Part shown: piece after piece, positions 53,479-64,000 of the stretch
Numbering within the stretch: the stretch's first letter is position 1
How the letters are laid out: each line of letters starts with the position of its first letter
Assembly: GCA_963757235.1 (NCBI GenBank)
Contig: CAVWRC010000010.1
Location: 218,009-282,008 of the forward strand
Direction: 5' to 3'
Length of the DNA stretch: 64,000 nt
Source: an uncultured Solirubrobacterales bacterium
GTDB taxonomy: Bacteria > Actinomycetota > Thermoleophilia > Solirubrobacterales > Solirubrobacteraceae
Made by a program: the position numbers and the translations under genes
Notes under the pieces: generated by a model
Database searches by the model: none
The model's input: the letters and a program-made list of their open reading frames with translations, nothing else
Told to the model about the DNA's origin: nothing

Positions 53479-55134
53479 ATGTCGACCCAATACATCTTCA
53501 CCACCTACAAGCTGTCACGCCGCTACCCGCCCGACCGCGAGGTCCTGACCGACATCTCCCTGTCGTTCCTTCCGGGGGCGAAGATCGGCGTGATCGGTTA
53601 CAACGGCGCCGGCAAGTCGACGCTGTTGCGGATCATGGCCGGCCTCGACACCGAGTTTGACGGTCACGCGCAGCTCGGGGCGGGCGCGACCGTGGGCATG
53701 CTCGAGCAGGAGCCCCAGCTCGATCCGGCCAAGACCGTCCGCGAGAACATCGAGGAGGGCGTGGCCGAGACCAAGGCGCTTCTCGACCGCTTCAACGAGC
53801 TCTCGATGAACTACTCCGACGAGACCGCCGACGAGTTCGCCCGGGTCCAGGAGCAGATCGACGCCGTCGACGCCTGGAACCTCGACACCACGCTCGAGAT
53901 CGCCATGGACGCGCTGCGCACCCCGCCTGGCGACGCCGACATCGCCACGCTCTCGGGCGGCGAAAAGCGACGCGTCGCCCTGGCGCGGCTCCTTCTGAGA
54001 CAGCCCGACCTCCTCCTGCTCGACGAGCCGACCAACCACCTCGACGCGGAGTCGGTGGCGTGGCTCGAGCGCCATCTCCAGGACTACAAGGGCACCGTCG
54101 TGGCGATCACCCACGACCGCTACTTCCTCGACAACGTCGCGGGCTGGATCCTCGAGCTCGACCGCGGCCGCGGCATTCCCTACGAGGGCAACTACTCCGG
54201 TTGGCTCGAGCAGAAGCGCGCCCGCCTCCAGCAAGAGTCCAAACAGGAGAACGCACGCCAAAGGACGATCGAGCAGGAGCTCGGGTGGGTCCGCCTCAAT
54301 GCGAGCGCCCGGCGCAACAAACCCAAGGCCCGGCTGAACGCCTACGAGGCGCTGCTCGCCCAGGACCGCAACGTCAAGCTCGACCAGGTCCAGATCCACA
54401 TCCCGGCCGGTCCGCGCCTCGGCGGTGTGGTGCTCGAGGCGAACAACCTCAACAAGTCATTCGGCGATCGCCTCCTGATCGACGACCTCAGCTTCACGCT
54501 TCCTCCCGGGGGAATCGTCGGCGTGATTGGGCCTAACGGTGCCGGCAAGACCACGCTGGTGCGGATGATCACCGGCCAGGAGCAGCCCGATTCCGGGACC
54601 CTCAAACTCGGTGAGACGGTCGAGCTGGCCTACGTCGACCAGTCCCGCGACGCCCTGGATCCCGACAAGACGGTCTGGCAGGAGATCTCCGGCGGCGAGG
54701 ACCAGATCAAGCTGGGCGACCGCACGGTCAACAGTCGTGCGTACGTGTCGGGCTTCAACTTCAAGGGCTCAGACCAGCAGCAGAAGGTGGGAAAGCTCTC
54801 CGGCGGCGAGCGGAACCGCCTCCACCTCGCGAAGCTCCTCAAAACCGGTGGCAACCTGCTGCTCCTCGACGAGCCGACCAACGACCTCGACGTCGACACC
54901 CTGCGCGCGCTCGAGGAGGCCCTGCTCGCGTTCGCCGGGTGCGCGGTGGTCGTGTCCCACGATCGTTGGTTCCTGGACCGGATCGCCACTCACGTGCTCG
55001 CGTTCGAAGGCGAGTCCCAAACCCGTTGGTTCGAGGGCAACTTCGAGGCCTACGAGACCTTCCGCCACGAGCAGCTTGGCGCCGAGGCCGACCGGCCGCA
55101 CCGCATCACCTACAAGAAGCTGGTTCGCGGCTAA
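53479..55134 (+). CDS. ettA: energy-dependent translational throttle ABC-F protein
   Basis: Two ABC domains, [27 protein letters not shown]-terminus. Confidence 0.95.
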   Translation: MSTQYIFTTYKLSRRYPPDREVLTDISLSFLPGAKIGVIGYNGAGKSTLLRIMAGLDTEFDGHAQLGAGATVGMLEQEPQLDPAKTVRENIEEGVAETKALLDRFNELSMNYSDETADEFARVQEQIDAVDAWNLDTTLEIAMDALRTPPGDADIATLSGGEKRRVALARLLLRQPDLLLLDEPTNHLDAESVAWLERHLQDYKGTVVAITHDRYFLDNVAGWILELDRGRGIPYEGNYSGWLEQKRARLQQESKQENARQRTIEQELGWVRLNASARRNKPKARLNAYEALLAQDRNVKLDQVQIHIPAGPRLGGVVLEANNLNKSFGDRLLIDDLSFTLPPGGIVGVIGPNGAGKTTLVRMITGQEQPDSGTLKLGETVELAYVDQSRDALDPDKTVWQEISGGEDQIKLGDRTVNSRAYVSGFNFKGSDQQQKVGKLSGGERNRLHLAKLLKTGGNLLLLDEPTNDLDVDTLRALEEALLAFAGCAVVVSHDRWFLDRIATHVLAFEGESQTRWFEGNFEAYETFRHEQLGAEADRPHRITYKKLVRG

Positions 55135-55177
55135 GGCGCCGCCGTCAGGCGCCGCCGACCCAATCTAATCTGTAGGC

Positions 55178-56014
55178 GTGCCCTCCAAGGCCGTCCTCAT
55201 CACCGGCTGCTCCTCTGGCATCGGCCACGCCACTGCCGACCTGCTCGCCCGCGACGGGTGGACGGTCTACGCCACCGCTCGCAATTCCGAGACCCTGGCG
55301 GACCTAAAAGCGCTGGGCTGCCGGACGCTGCCCCTCGACGTCACCGACGAGGCGTCGATGAGCGCCGCCGTGAACGCGGTCATCGCCGCCGAGGGCGCCG
55401 TCGGCGTGCTCATCAACAACGCCGGCTACAGCCAGTCGGGCGCCGTGGAGAGCGTTCCGCTCGACGCGGTCCGCCGGCAGTTTGAGACCAACGTGTTCGG
55501 TCTGATCCGCATGTGCCAGCTCGTCCTCCCGGGCATGCGGGATCAGCAGTGGGGTCGCATCGTCAACCTGTCGAGCATGGGCGGCCGGCTGACCTTCCCG
55601 GGCGGCGGGCTCTACCACGCGAGCAAGTACGCGGTCGAGGCACTCTCGGACGCGCTGCGCTTCGAGGTTCAGGGCTTCGGCGTCCGGGTGATCGTGATCG
55701 AGCCGGGGCTGATCGTGACCAAGTTCGGCGAGACGGCGGCTGGATCGGTTGAACAAGCGGGCGGGCCGTACGCCGACTTCAACCGCGACGTCGCGCGGGC
55801 CATCGAGGACGTCTACCAGGGTCCGCTGGCGAAGCTCGGCGCCGGGCCCGACGCGGTGGCCAAGACGATCGCCGGCGCCTTGAACTCAGAGCATCCGAAG
55901 ACCCGCTACCCGGTCACGGTGAGCGCGCACCTGATGATCAACCAGCGCCGGCTCATGCCCGATCGCCTGTGGGACCGCGTGATGCGCACCCAGTTCCCAG
56001 TGCCCAAGCCCTAG
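55178..56014 (+). CDS. SDR oxidoreductase
   Basis: TGCSSGIG, NNAG, YHASK. Confidence 0.92.
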   Translation: MPSKAVLITGCSSGIGHATADLLARDGWTVYATARNSETLADLKALGCRTLPLDVTDEASMSAAVNAVIAAEGAVGVLINNAGYSQSGAVESVPLDAVRRQFETNVFGLIRMCQLVLPGMRDQQWGRIVNLSSMGGRLTFPGGGLYHASKYAVEALSDALRFEVQGFGVRVIVIEPGLIVTKFGETAAGSVEQAGGPYADFNRDVARAIEDVYQGPLAKLGAGPDAVAKTIAGALNSEHPKTRYPVTVSAHLMINQRRLMPDRLWDRVMRTQFPVPKP

Positions 56015-56054
56015 TGTCGCCGTCGGCACGCCAGGCGTAGACGATCGTCGTCGC

Positions 56055-57380
56055 TTGCGCCTCGGCAACCTGAGAACCGACCTCTCGCCACTGCGCGACA
56101 GCCGCGACCTCCGCCTGGTCGTGCTCGGCGGTTTTCTCTCGGGCCTCGGCTCGCAGGCGACGCTCGTCGCGCTCCCCTACCAGGTCTATACGCAGACGCA
56201 TTCGGCGCTCCTGGTCGGGTTGCTCGGCGCGGTCGAGGTGATCCCGCTGGTGGCGGCGTCGCTACTCGGAGGCGCGGTCGCCGACCGGGTCGACCGCCGC
56301 ACGCTGCTGCTGCTCGATCAGGTCGGCCTGGTTCTCACCGCGGCGGCGCTCGCGTTGGCGGCGTCGCTCGGCCATCCGTCCCTCGTCGTGGTGTACGCGC
56401 TGGCGGCGCTGCTCGCCGCATTCACGGCGCTCCAGAGCGTGGCCAGCACCGCGATCGTCCCCGGCCTGGTCGCGCCGGCTCAGCTACGTAACGCGCTGGC
56501 GCTCAACTACGGGCTCAGCACGCTGACGATGGTCGTCGGCCCGGCGCTGGGCGGGATTCTGATCGCCGCGCTTGGCCTGCCCTGGGCTTACGCGGTGGAT
56601 GCCCTCAGCTGCGCCGCCATGGTGGTGGCGGTGGCCGCGATGACGCCACAGCCGCCCTCTTATGGGAACACGCCCACCCACCACGAGCCTCTCGGGCGGT
56701 CAATCGCCGACGGGCTGCGCTACGTGCGCGGCAACCAGGCCCTGCTCGGCTCCTTCGCGATCGACCTGGTGGCGATGATCTTTGGAATGCCGCGCGCCCT
56801 GTTCGCGGTCCTCTCCGTCAGCGTCTACCACGCGGGCGCGGTGGGCGCCGGCGCGCTCTACTCCTCCGTCGCCGCCGGTGCCACGGTGGCGGCCCTGACC
56901 ACGGGGTGGCTCCACGGCGTGAACCGACTCGGCCGGGTGGTGGTCGGCGCCGTCATCGCCTGGGGCGTCGCGGTGGCGCTGGCCGGACTGGCCGGATCGT
57001 TGTGGGTCGCGGCGGCGCTGTTCGCGCTCGCAGGCGCGGCGGACTCGATCAGCGCGGTGTGCCGGAGCACGATCAACCAGACGGTCACGCCCGACCACAT
57101 GCGCGGTCGCATGTCCGCCGTCTTCTCGCTGGTGGTGAGCGGCGGCCCCCGGCTCGGGGACATCGAGTCGGGTGCGGTGGCCGGCGCCGCCGGCCCGCGC
57201 TTCGCCGTCGTCTCGGGCGGGGTGCTGTGCGTGCTCGGCGTCGGGGTCGTGGTCGCGGCGTTCCCGGCGCTGCTGCGCTACGACTCAGGCGACTGGATCG
57301 CTACCACGAGCGCGTCGCGCAGCTCCGACGGGTTGCGCGCCACCGCGTCAGCATCGACAAGCTCGTCGACGCCGAACTGA
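56055..57380 (+). CDS. MFS transporter (EntS/DUF894-like)
   Basis: 12-TM pattern, GAVADRVDRR, TPDHMRGR, GPRLGDIESG. Confidence 0.9.
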   Translation: MRLGNLRTDLSPLRDSRDLRLVVLGGFLSGLGSQATLVALPYQVYTQTHSALLVGLLGAVEVIPLVAASLLGGAVADRVDRRTLLLLDQVGLVLTAAALALAASLGHPSLVVVYALAALLAAFTALQSVASTAIVPGLVAPAQLRNALALNYGLSTLTMVVGPALGGILIAALGLPWAYAVDALSCAAMVVAVAAMTPQPPSYGNTPTHHEPLGRSIADGLRYVRGNQALLGSFAIDLVAMIFGMPRALFAVLSVSVYHAGAVGAGALYSSVAAGATVAALTTGWLHGVNRLGRVVVGAVIAWGVAVALAGLAGSLWVAAALFALAGAADSISAVCRSTINQTVTPDHMRGRMSAVFSLVVSGGPRLGDIESGAVAGAAGPRFAVVSGGVLCVLGVGVVVAAFPALLRYDSGDWIATTSASRSSDGLRATASASTSSSTPN

Positions 57381-57994
57381 CCGGTCGCGACCGCGATGCA
57401 GCGCACTCCGTCGGCGCGCGCGCAGGCGATGTCGCGGGGCGTGTCGCCGATCACGATCGTGCGCGCGCGTGGGTACGCGACCCCGGCCCGCGCCGCCCGG
57501 CGGCGCGCGATCGCGGGGAGCGCGGCCCGGTCCTCGGAATCCGAGCCGAACGCCCCCTGGCCCGACGGGAACCATTTCCCAATCCCGGCGCGGGCGAGCT
57601 TCAGATGAGCCACCGGCTCGTAGTTGCCGGTGAGCAGGGCAAGCTCGACGTCGTCGCGGCCGCCCAGCCAGGACAACAGCTGCGCGACGCCGGGGATGAC
57701 GAGATCGCTCAGGTCGGCCGGAACGGTCTGGGCGTAGATACGGCAGCAGGCCTCGCGGACGTCGTCCGCGCGCTCGTCGATCCGCCGCGCCGAGATCCCC
57801 AGGTTGAGCAGGATCAGGCGGGCGATCTCCCCGTCGGTCCGTCCGGCCGGGCCGATCACGTCGCGCAGATCGCGCGGGTCGACGCCGTGCACCTCGCGGA
57901 TCGCGTTGGCAAGCGCCTCGCTGTGGGCCCTCCCGGCGCGCGCGACCAGCGTGCCGTCGATGTCGAACAGCAGCAGCAACGCGTCCGAGGTCAG
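57278..57994 (-). CDS. HAD-family hydrolase
   Basis: FDIDGT, LLTGN, IGDTPRDI; start probably CTG overlapping the upstream TGA (uncertain). Confidence 0.85.
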   Translation of the reverse strand: MTSDALLLLFDIDGTLVARAGRAHSEALANAIREVHGVDPRDLRDVIGPAGRTDGEIARLILLNLGISARRIDERADDVREACCRIYAQTVPADLSDLVIPGVAQLLSWLGGRDDVELALLTGNYEPVAHLKLARAGIGKWFPSGQGAFGSDSEDRAALPAIARRRAARAGVAYPRARTIVIGDTPRDIACARADGVRCIAVATGQFGVDELVDADAVARNPSELRDALVVAIQSPES

Positions 57995-59049
57995 CGCTCG
58001 AACGACGTGCCCGGCTCGAGTCGCTTCGCGAACGCCGCAATCAGGCGGGCCGCGGAGTCGATGTCGGCCAGCGACACCATCTCGACCGGCGAATGCATGT
58101 AGCGGCACGGGATCGAGACCAAGCCGGTCGGGATGCCCGCCCGGCTCAGGTGGATCGCATCGGCGTCGGTGCCGGTGCCTTTGCCGAGCGATTCCAGCGT
58201 GTACGGGATGCTCTCGGCCTCGGCCGCCTCGTATAGGTGCTCGAAAACGACCGGATGCAGCGAGGTTCCGCGCGCGATGACCGGACCCGAATCCAGCGGG
58301 TGCCTGGTGATCGCGCCGAGCTCGATCCCGGGCTGATCGGTGGCGAAAGTCAGATCGACGACGATGGCGACGTCCGGGTTGTGCGCGAACGCGCTCGTGC
58401 GGGAGCCGGCGAACGTCGTCTCCTCCTGGGTGACCGCGAGCGCCAGCACGTCGCCGGGGGCGCCGCCCGACTCCGCTACCAGCCGTGCGCTGTCGGCGGC
58501 CACGTAGCAGCCAACCCGATTGTCCAGCGAGCGCGACACGATTCGGTCGTGCCGGAACTCGGTCGGCTCGGCGTCGATCACTCCGACGTCCCCGATCCGG
58601 ACGAGCTTGCCGGCTTCCTCGGCGTCCTTGGCCCCGATGTCGATGTGGAGCTCCTTGAGCTCGGGGACCTTCCGGCGGTCCTCGTCCTTGAGCAGGTGGA
58701 TCGGCTTGCGGCCGATCACTCCGGGCACATCGCCCTCGCGTCTGCGGATACGCACCCGCTGGCCGATCAGGACGCTGGCGTCCCAGCCTCCGACCTGACC
58801 GAAGCGCAGATAGCCGTCGTCGTCGATGTGCGAGATGTGCAGCCCGATCTCGTCGATATGGCCGACCACGGCCACGCTCAGCCCGGCAGCGGTGCCCGGC
58901 ACACGCGCGTATGAGGAGCCGACGCGGTCGCCGCCGACCTCCGCAGCGAAGGTCGCGCAGTAGTCCCGCCACACCTTGGCTGGGGCGGACTCGTGCCCCG
59001 ACGGCCCTGGGGCGCGGAGCAGGTTCATGAGCAGTTCCGGCGTACTCAT
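57991..59049 (-). CDS. M42 family aminopeptidase
   Basis: GPSGHE, GHIDEIG, LDNRVG, TQEE, VDLT, YMHSPVE. Confidence 0.92.
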   Translation of the reverse strand: MSTPELLMNLLRAPGPSGHESAPAKVWRDYCATFAAEVGGDRVGSSYARVPGTAAGLSVAVVGHIDEIGLHISHIDDDGYLRFGQVGGWDASVLIGQRVRIRRREGDVPGVIGRKPIHLLKDEDRRKVPELKELHIDIGAKDAEEAGKLVRIGDVGVIDAEPTEFRHDRIVSRSLDNRVGCYVAADSARLVAESGGAPGDVLALAVTQEETTFAGSRTSAFAHNPDVAIVVDLTFATDQPGIELGAITRHPLDSGPVIARGTSLHPVVFEHLYEAAEAESIPYTLESLGKGTGTDADAIHLSRAGIPTGLVSIPCRYMHSPVEMVSLADIDSAARLIAAFAKRLEPGTSFER

Positions 59050-59104
59050 CTTCCGAAGGCTATTCAGTAATGCGCTCGATTGCGGAGCATGCCGTTTCGG
59101 GGGT

Positions 59105-59128
59105 GTTCAGCGCGGCCCTTCCGGGTAG
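59105..59128 (+). promoter_or_regulatory. possible SigB/SigF-type promoter
   Basis: GTTC-N14-GGGTAG 12 nt before the sigma ATG. Confidence 0.35.
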
Positions 59129-59140
59129 CACTCCCGAGGC

Positions 59141-60148
59141 ATGTCTCCGGACTTGAAAGTCGACCAGCGCGATACCGAGCTTGACTCGATCCGCGGCCTC
59201 TTGGCCGAGCGCGGGATCGAGTTGCGCGAGCGCAGTGGCGAGTCCGATCGCGATTCGGATCGCCATCTCCCGGACGCGGGCTACCGTGCCCAGGAACCGG
59301 CCGCGCGTGTCCACGAACCGGCCGAGCGCACGCTCGACTCGATGTCGTTGTTCATGGCCGAGGTTCGCCGCCACCCGCTGCTGAACCGCGCCGAGGAGGC
59401 GGATCTGGCCCGCCGGATCGAGCGAGGTGACCTGGCCGCGAAGGAGCGTCTGGTCAACTCGAACCTCCGGCTCGTCATCTCGAACGCGCGCAGCTACGAG
59501 GGCCTGGACCTGCCGCTCCTTGACCTCATCCAGGAGGGCATGCTCGGGCTGATCCGCGCGGCCGAGAAGTTCGACTACCGCAAGGGCTACAAGTTCTCCA
59601 CCTACGCCACATTCTGGATCCGCGAGTCGATCCAGCGGGCTATCGCCAACCGGGCCCGGCCGATCCGGGTCCCGGTTCACATCGGTCAGCGCGAGCGCCG
59701 GATCGGGCGTGCCCGAGCGGCGCTGATCGCCCAGCTCGGGCGCGAGCCCACCGACGAGGAGATCGCCGAGGCGGCCGAGCTCGAAGTCCGCGAGGTGCAT
59801 GCCAGCCGGGAGATCGCCCGGGTCGTCACCAGCCTCGACCGCCCGGTCGGCGAGGAGGAAGAGACCACCCTCGGCGCGCTGCTGGCCAGTGATGCCACCC
59901 CGGTCGACGAGGAGGTACAGCTCACCGCGCGCGACGACGCGCTGCATCGGGCGCTCGAGCGCTTGCCCGAGGCCGAACGCAGGGTCGTGGCGCTCCGCTA
60001 CGGGATCGATGGCGACGACCCGACGCCGTTGCGCGAGGCGGGCCGGCGCCTGGGGATCTCCTCAGACGCGGTGCGCAAGCTCGAGCGCAAGGCGCTCGCC
60101 GAGCTGGCCGGGAGCCGCGAGCTCGAGCCGCTGCGCCCGGCCGCCTGA
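59141..60148 (+). CDS. group 2 (RpoD-like, non-primary) sigma-70 factor
   Basis: LVNSNLRLVIS, DLIQEG, KFDYRKGYKFSTYATFWIR; short N-terminus without a long region 1.1. Confidence 0.9.
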   Translation: MSPDLKVDQRDTELDSIRGLLAERGIELRERSGESDRDSDRHLPDAGYRAQEPAARVHEPAERTLDSMSLFMAEVRRHPLLNRAEEADLARRIERGDLAAKERLVNSNLRLVISNARSYEGLDLPLLDLIQEGMLGLIRAAEKFDYRKGYKFSTYATFWIRESIQRAIANRARPIRVPVHIGQRERRIGRARAALIAQLGREPTDEEIAEAAELEVREVHASREIARVVTSLDRPVGEEEETTLGALLASDATPVDEEVQLTARDDALHRALERLPEAERRVVALRYGIDGDDPTPLREAGRRLGISSDAVRKLERKALAELAGSRELEPLRPAA

Positions 60149-60225
60149 GAGCCTTGAGCGCCGCGAACTTTGGCGCTGGAGGTAACAAATACGTGACTCC
60201 AGCGCCATCGGCCCGGCTACGCGGG

Positions 60226-63045
<2,820 letters not shown>

Positions 63046-63211
63046 GGTGCGTTTCTCCTGGTTCTGGGTCCTTCTTACTCTAGGACTCGAGACGCTCTCA
63101 GGCCCCCGCCAGGACTCCTACGCCCGTCTTAGGGACGTCTTCACGCGAGCTTCGCCCGCTGGCTGATTCTCCTCGCATGACCACTCCCCCGAAGTCCGAG
63201 GAGACCTAGCC

Positions 63212-63319
63212 ATGACCATCCTGTCCTGGACCCTTGCTGCCCTGGCCGCCGGCGTGTTTGCCGCGATGGCTGCGGCCGGCATCTACGCCGAGGCGCATCG
63301 CGCGCCCGACCAGCCATGA
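63212..63319 (+). CDS. 35-aa single-TM peptide
   Basis: Not in ORF track. RBS GAGGAG; MTILSWTLAALAAGVFAAMAAAGIYAEAHRAPDQP; ATGA overlap with the next gene. Confidence 0.55.
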   Translation: MTILSWTLAALAAGVFAAMAAAGIYAEAHRAPDQP

Positions 63320-64000
63320 GCAGTTCGCTCGTCACCACCACCCCCGGGTCCCGCGATGAGGCCCCCACGGGCCGCGGGTGGGCGGCACCAACTTCGCGAC
63401 CCGACGTCGAGATCGCGATTCCCGTCTACAACGAGCGCCTCGCGCTCGAGGGCTCGGTCCGCATGCTGCACGCCTACCTGACGACGGCATTCCCGTTCAC
63501 CTGGCAGATCACGATCGTCGACAACGCGAGCACGGACGGCACGCTCCACGTCGCCCGCCGGCTGATGTATGAGCTGCCCGAGGTGGGGGCCATGCACCTG
63601 CCGGCCAAGGGCCGCGGACGGGCGCTTCGCACCGCCTGGTTGGCGAGCCACGCCAAGGTCCTGGCCTACATGGACGTCGACCTCTCGACCGATCTCGCCG
63701 GGCTGTTGCCGCTGATCGCGCCGCTCATGTCGGGGCACAGCGATCTGGCGATCGGGACACGTCTGCACAGCGCGGCTCGGGTGCGCCGCAGCGCCAAGCG
63801 CGAGCTGATCTCTCGCTCGTATAACCGGCTGCTCCGGCTGGTCCTGCGCGCCCGATTCAGCGATGCGCAGTGCGGCTTTAAAGCCATCCGATCCGACGCC
63901 GCGCGACAGCTGCTTCCGCGCGTCGAAGACCAGGAGTGGTTCTTCGACACCGAGCTACTCGTGCTCGCGCAGCGCGAGGGCATGCGGATCCACGAGGTGC
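63316..64000 (+). CDS. GT2 polyprenol-phosphate glycosyltransferase (runs off window)
   Basis: IPVYNE, VDNASTDGT, GRGRA, YMDVDLS, DAQCGFKA, WFFDTELL. Confidence 0.92.
   Translation, partial: MSSSLVTTTPGSRDEAPTGRGWAAPTSRPDVEIAIPVYNERLALEGSVRMLHAYLTTAFPFTWQITIVDNASTDGTLHVARRLMYELPEVGAMHLPAKGRGRALRTAWLASHAKVLAYMDVDLSTDLAGLLPLIAPLMSGHSDLAIGTRLHSAARVRRSAKRELISRSYNRLLRLVLRARFSDAQCGFKAIRSDAARQLLPRVEDQEWFFDTELLVLAQREGMRIHEV

Overview
High-GC (roughly 70%) actinobacterial chromosome, most like Thermoleophilia/Solirubrobacterales judging by gene content (inference). Most of the window is housekeeping and envelope genes: dcd, gltA, metF, pyk, a one-chain 2-oxoglutarate dehydrogenase, mreB, a Zn/Mn ABC operon with a Fur-family regulator, nucS, ohr, ettA, acnA and several GT-C glycosyltransferases. 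The main result is a conjugation-type (T4SS-like) gene set split into two loci about 48 kb apart, with no integrase, relaxase or att site visible in the window. Locus 1 (1-3467) is pilin-like, VirB6-like, SCO6880/PrgI-like, a 60-aa membrane peptide and the start of a VirB4-like ATPase. Locus 2 (51131-52806) is a DPBB+NlpC/P60 wall hydrolase plus a VirB8-like lipoprotein. Locus 1 faces a divergent ECF sigma gene across a 94-bp AT-rich imperfect palindrome. The motif GACCC-N10-AAWTTAG occurs in both palindrome arms and again upstream of locus 2, which suggests one ECF-controlled, chromosomally domesticated secretion/DNA-transfer regulon. Other highlights: a candidate standalone structured RNA divergent from an XRE regulator, a perfect 26-bp palindrome over the metF promoter, a J-domain/Tudor-like/TPR protein beside a Zn-finger-tailed GroES paralogue, a c-di-AMP riboswitch on an Rpf-type gene, and many leaderless promoters. 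All family assignments come from motif recognition by eye; no database search was run.
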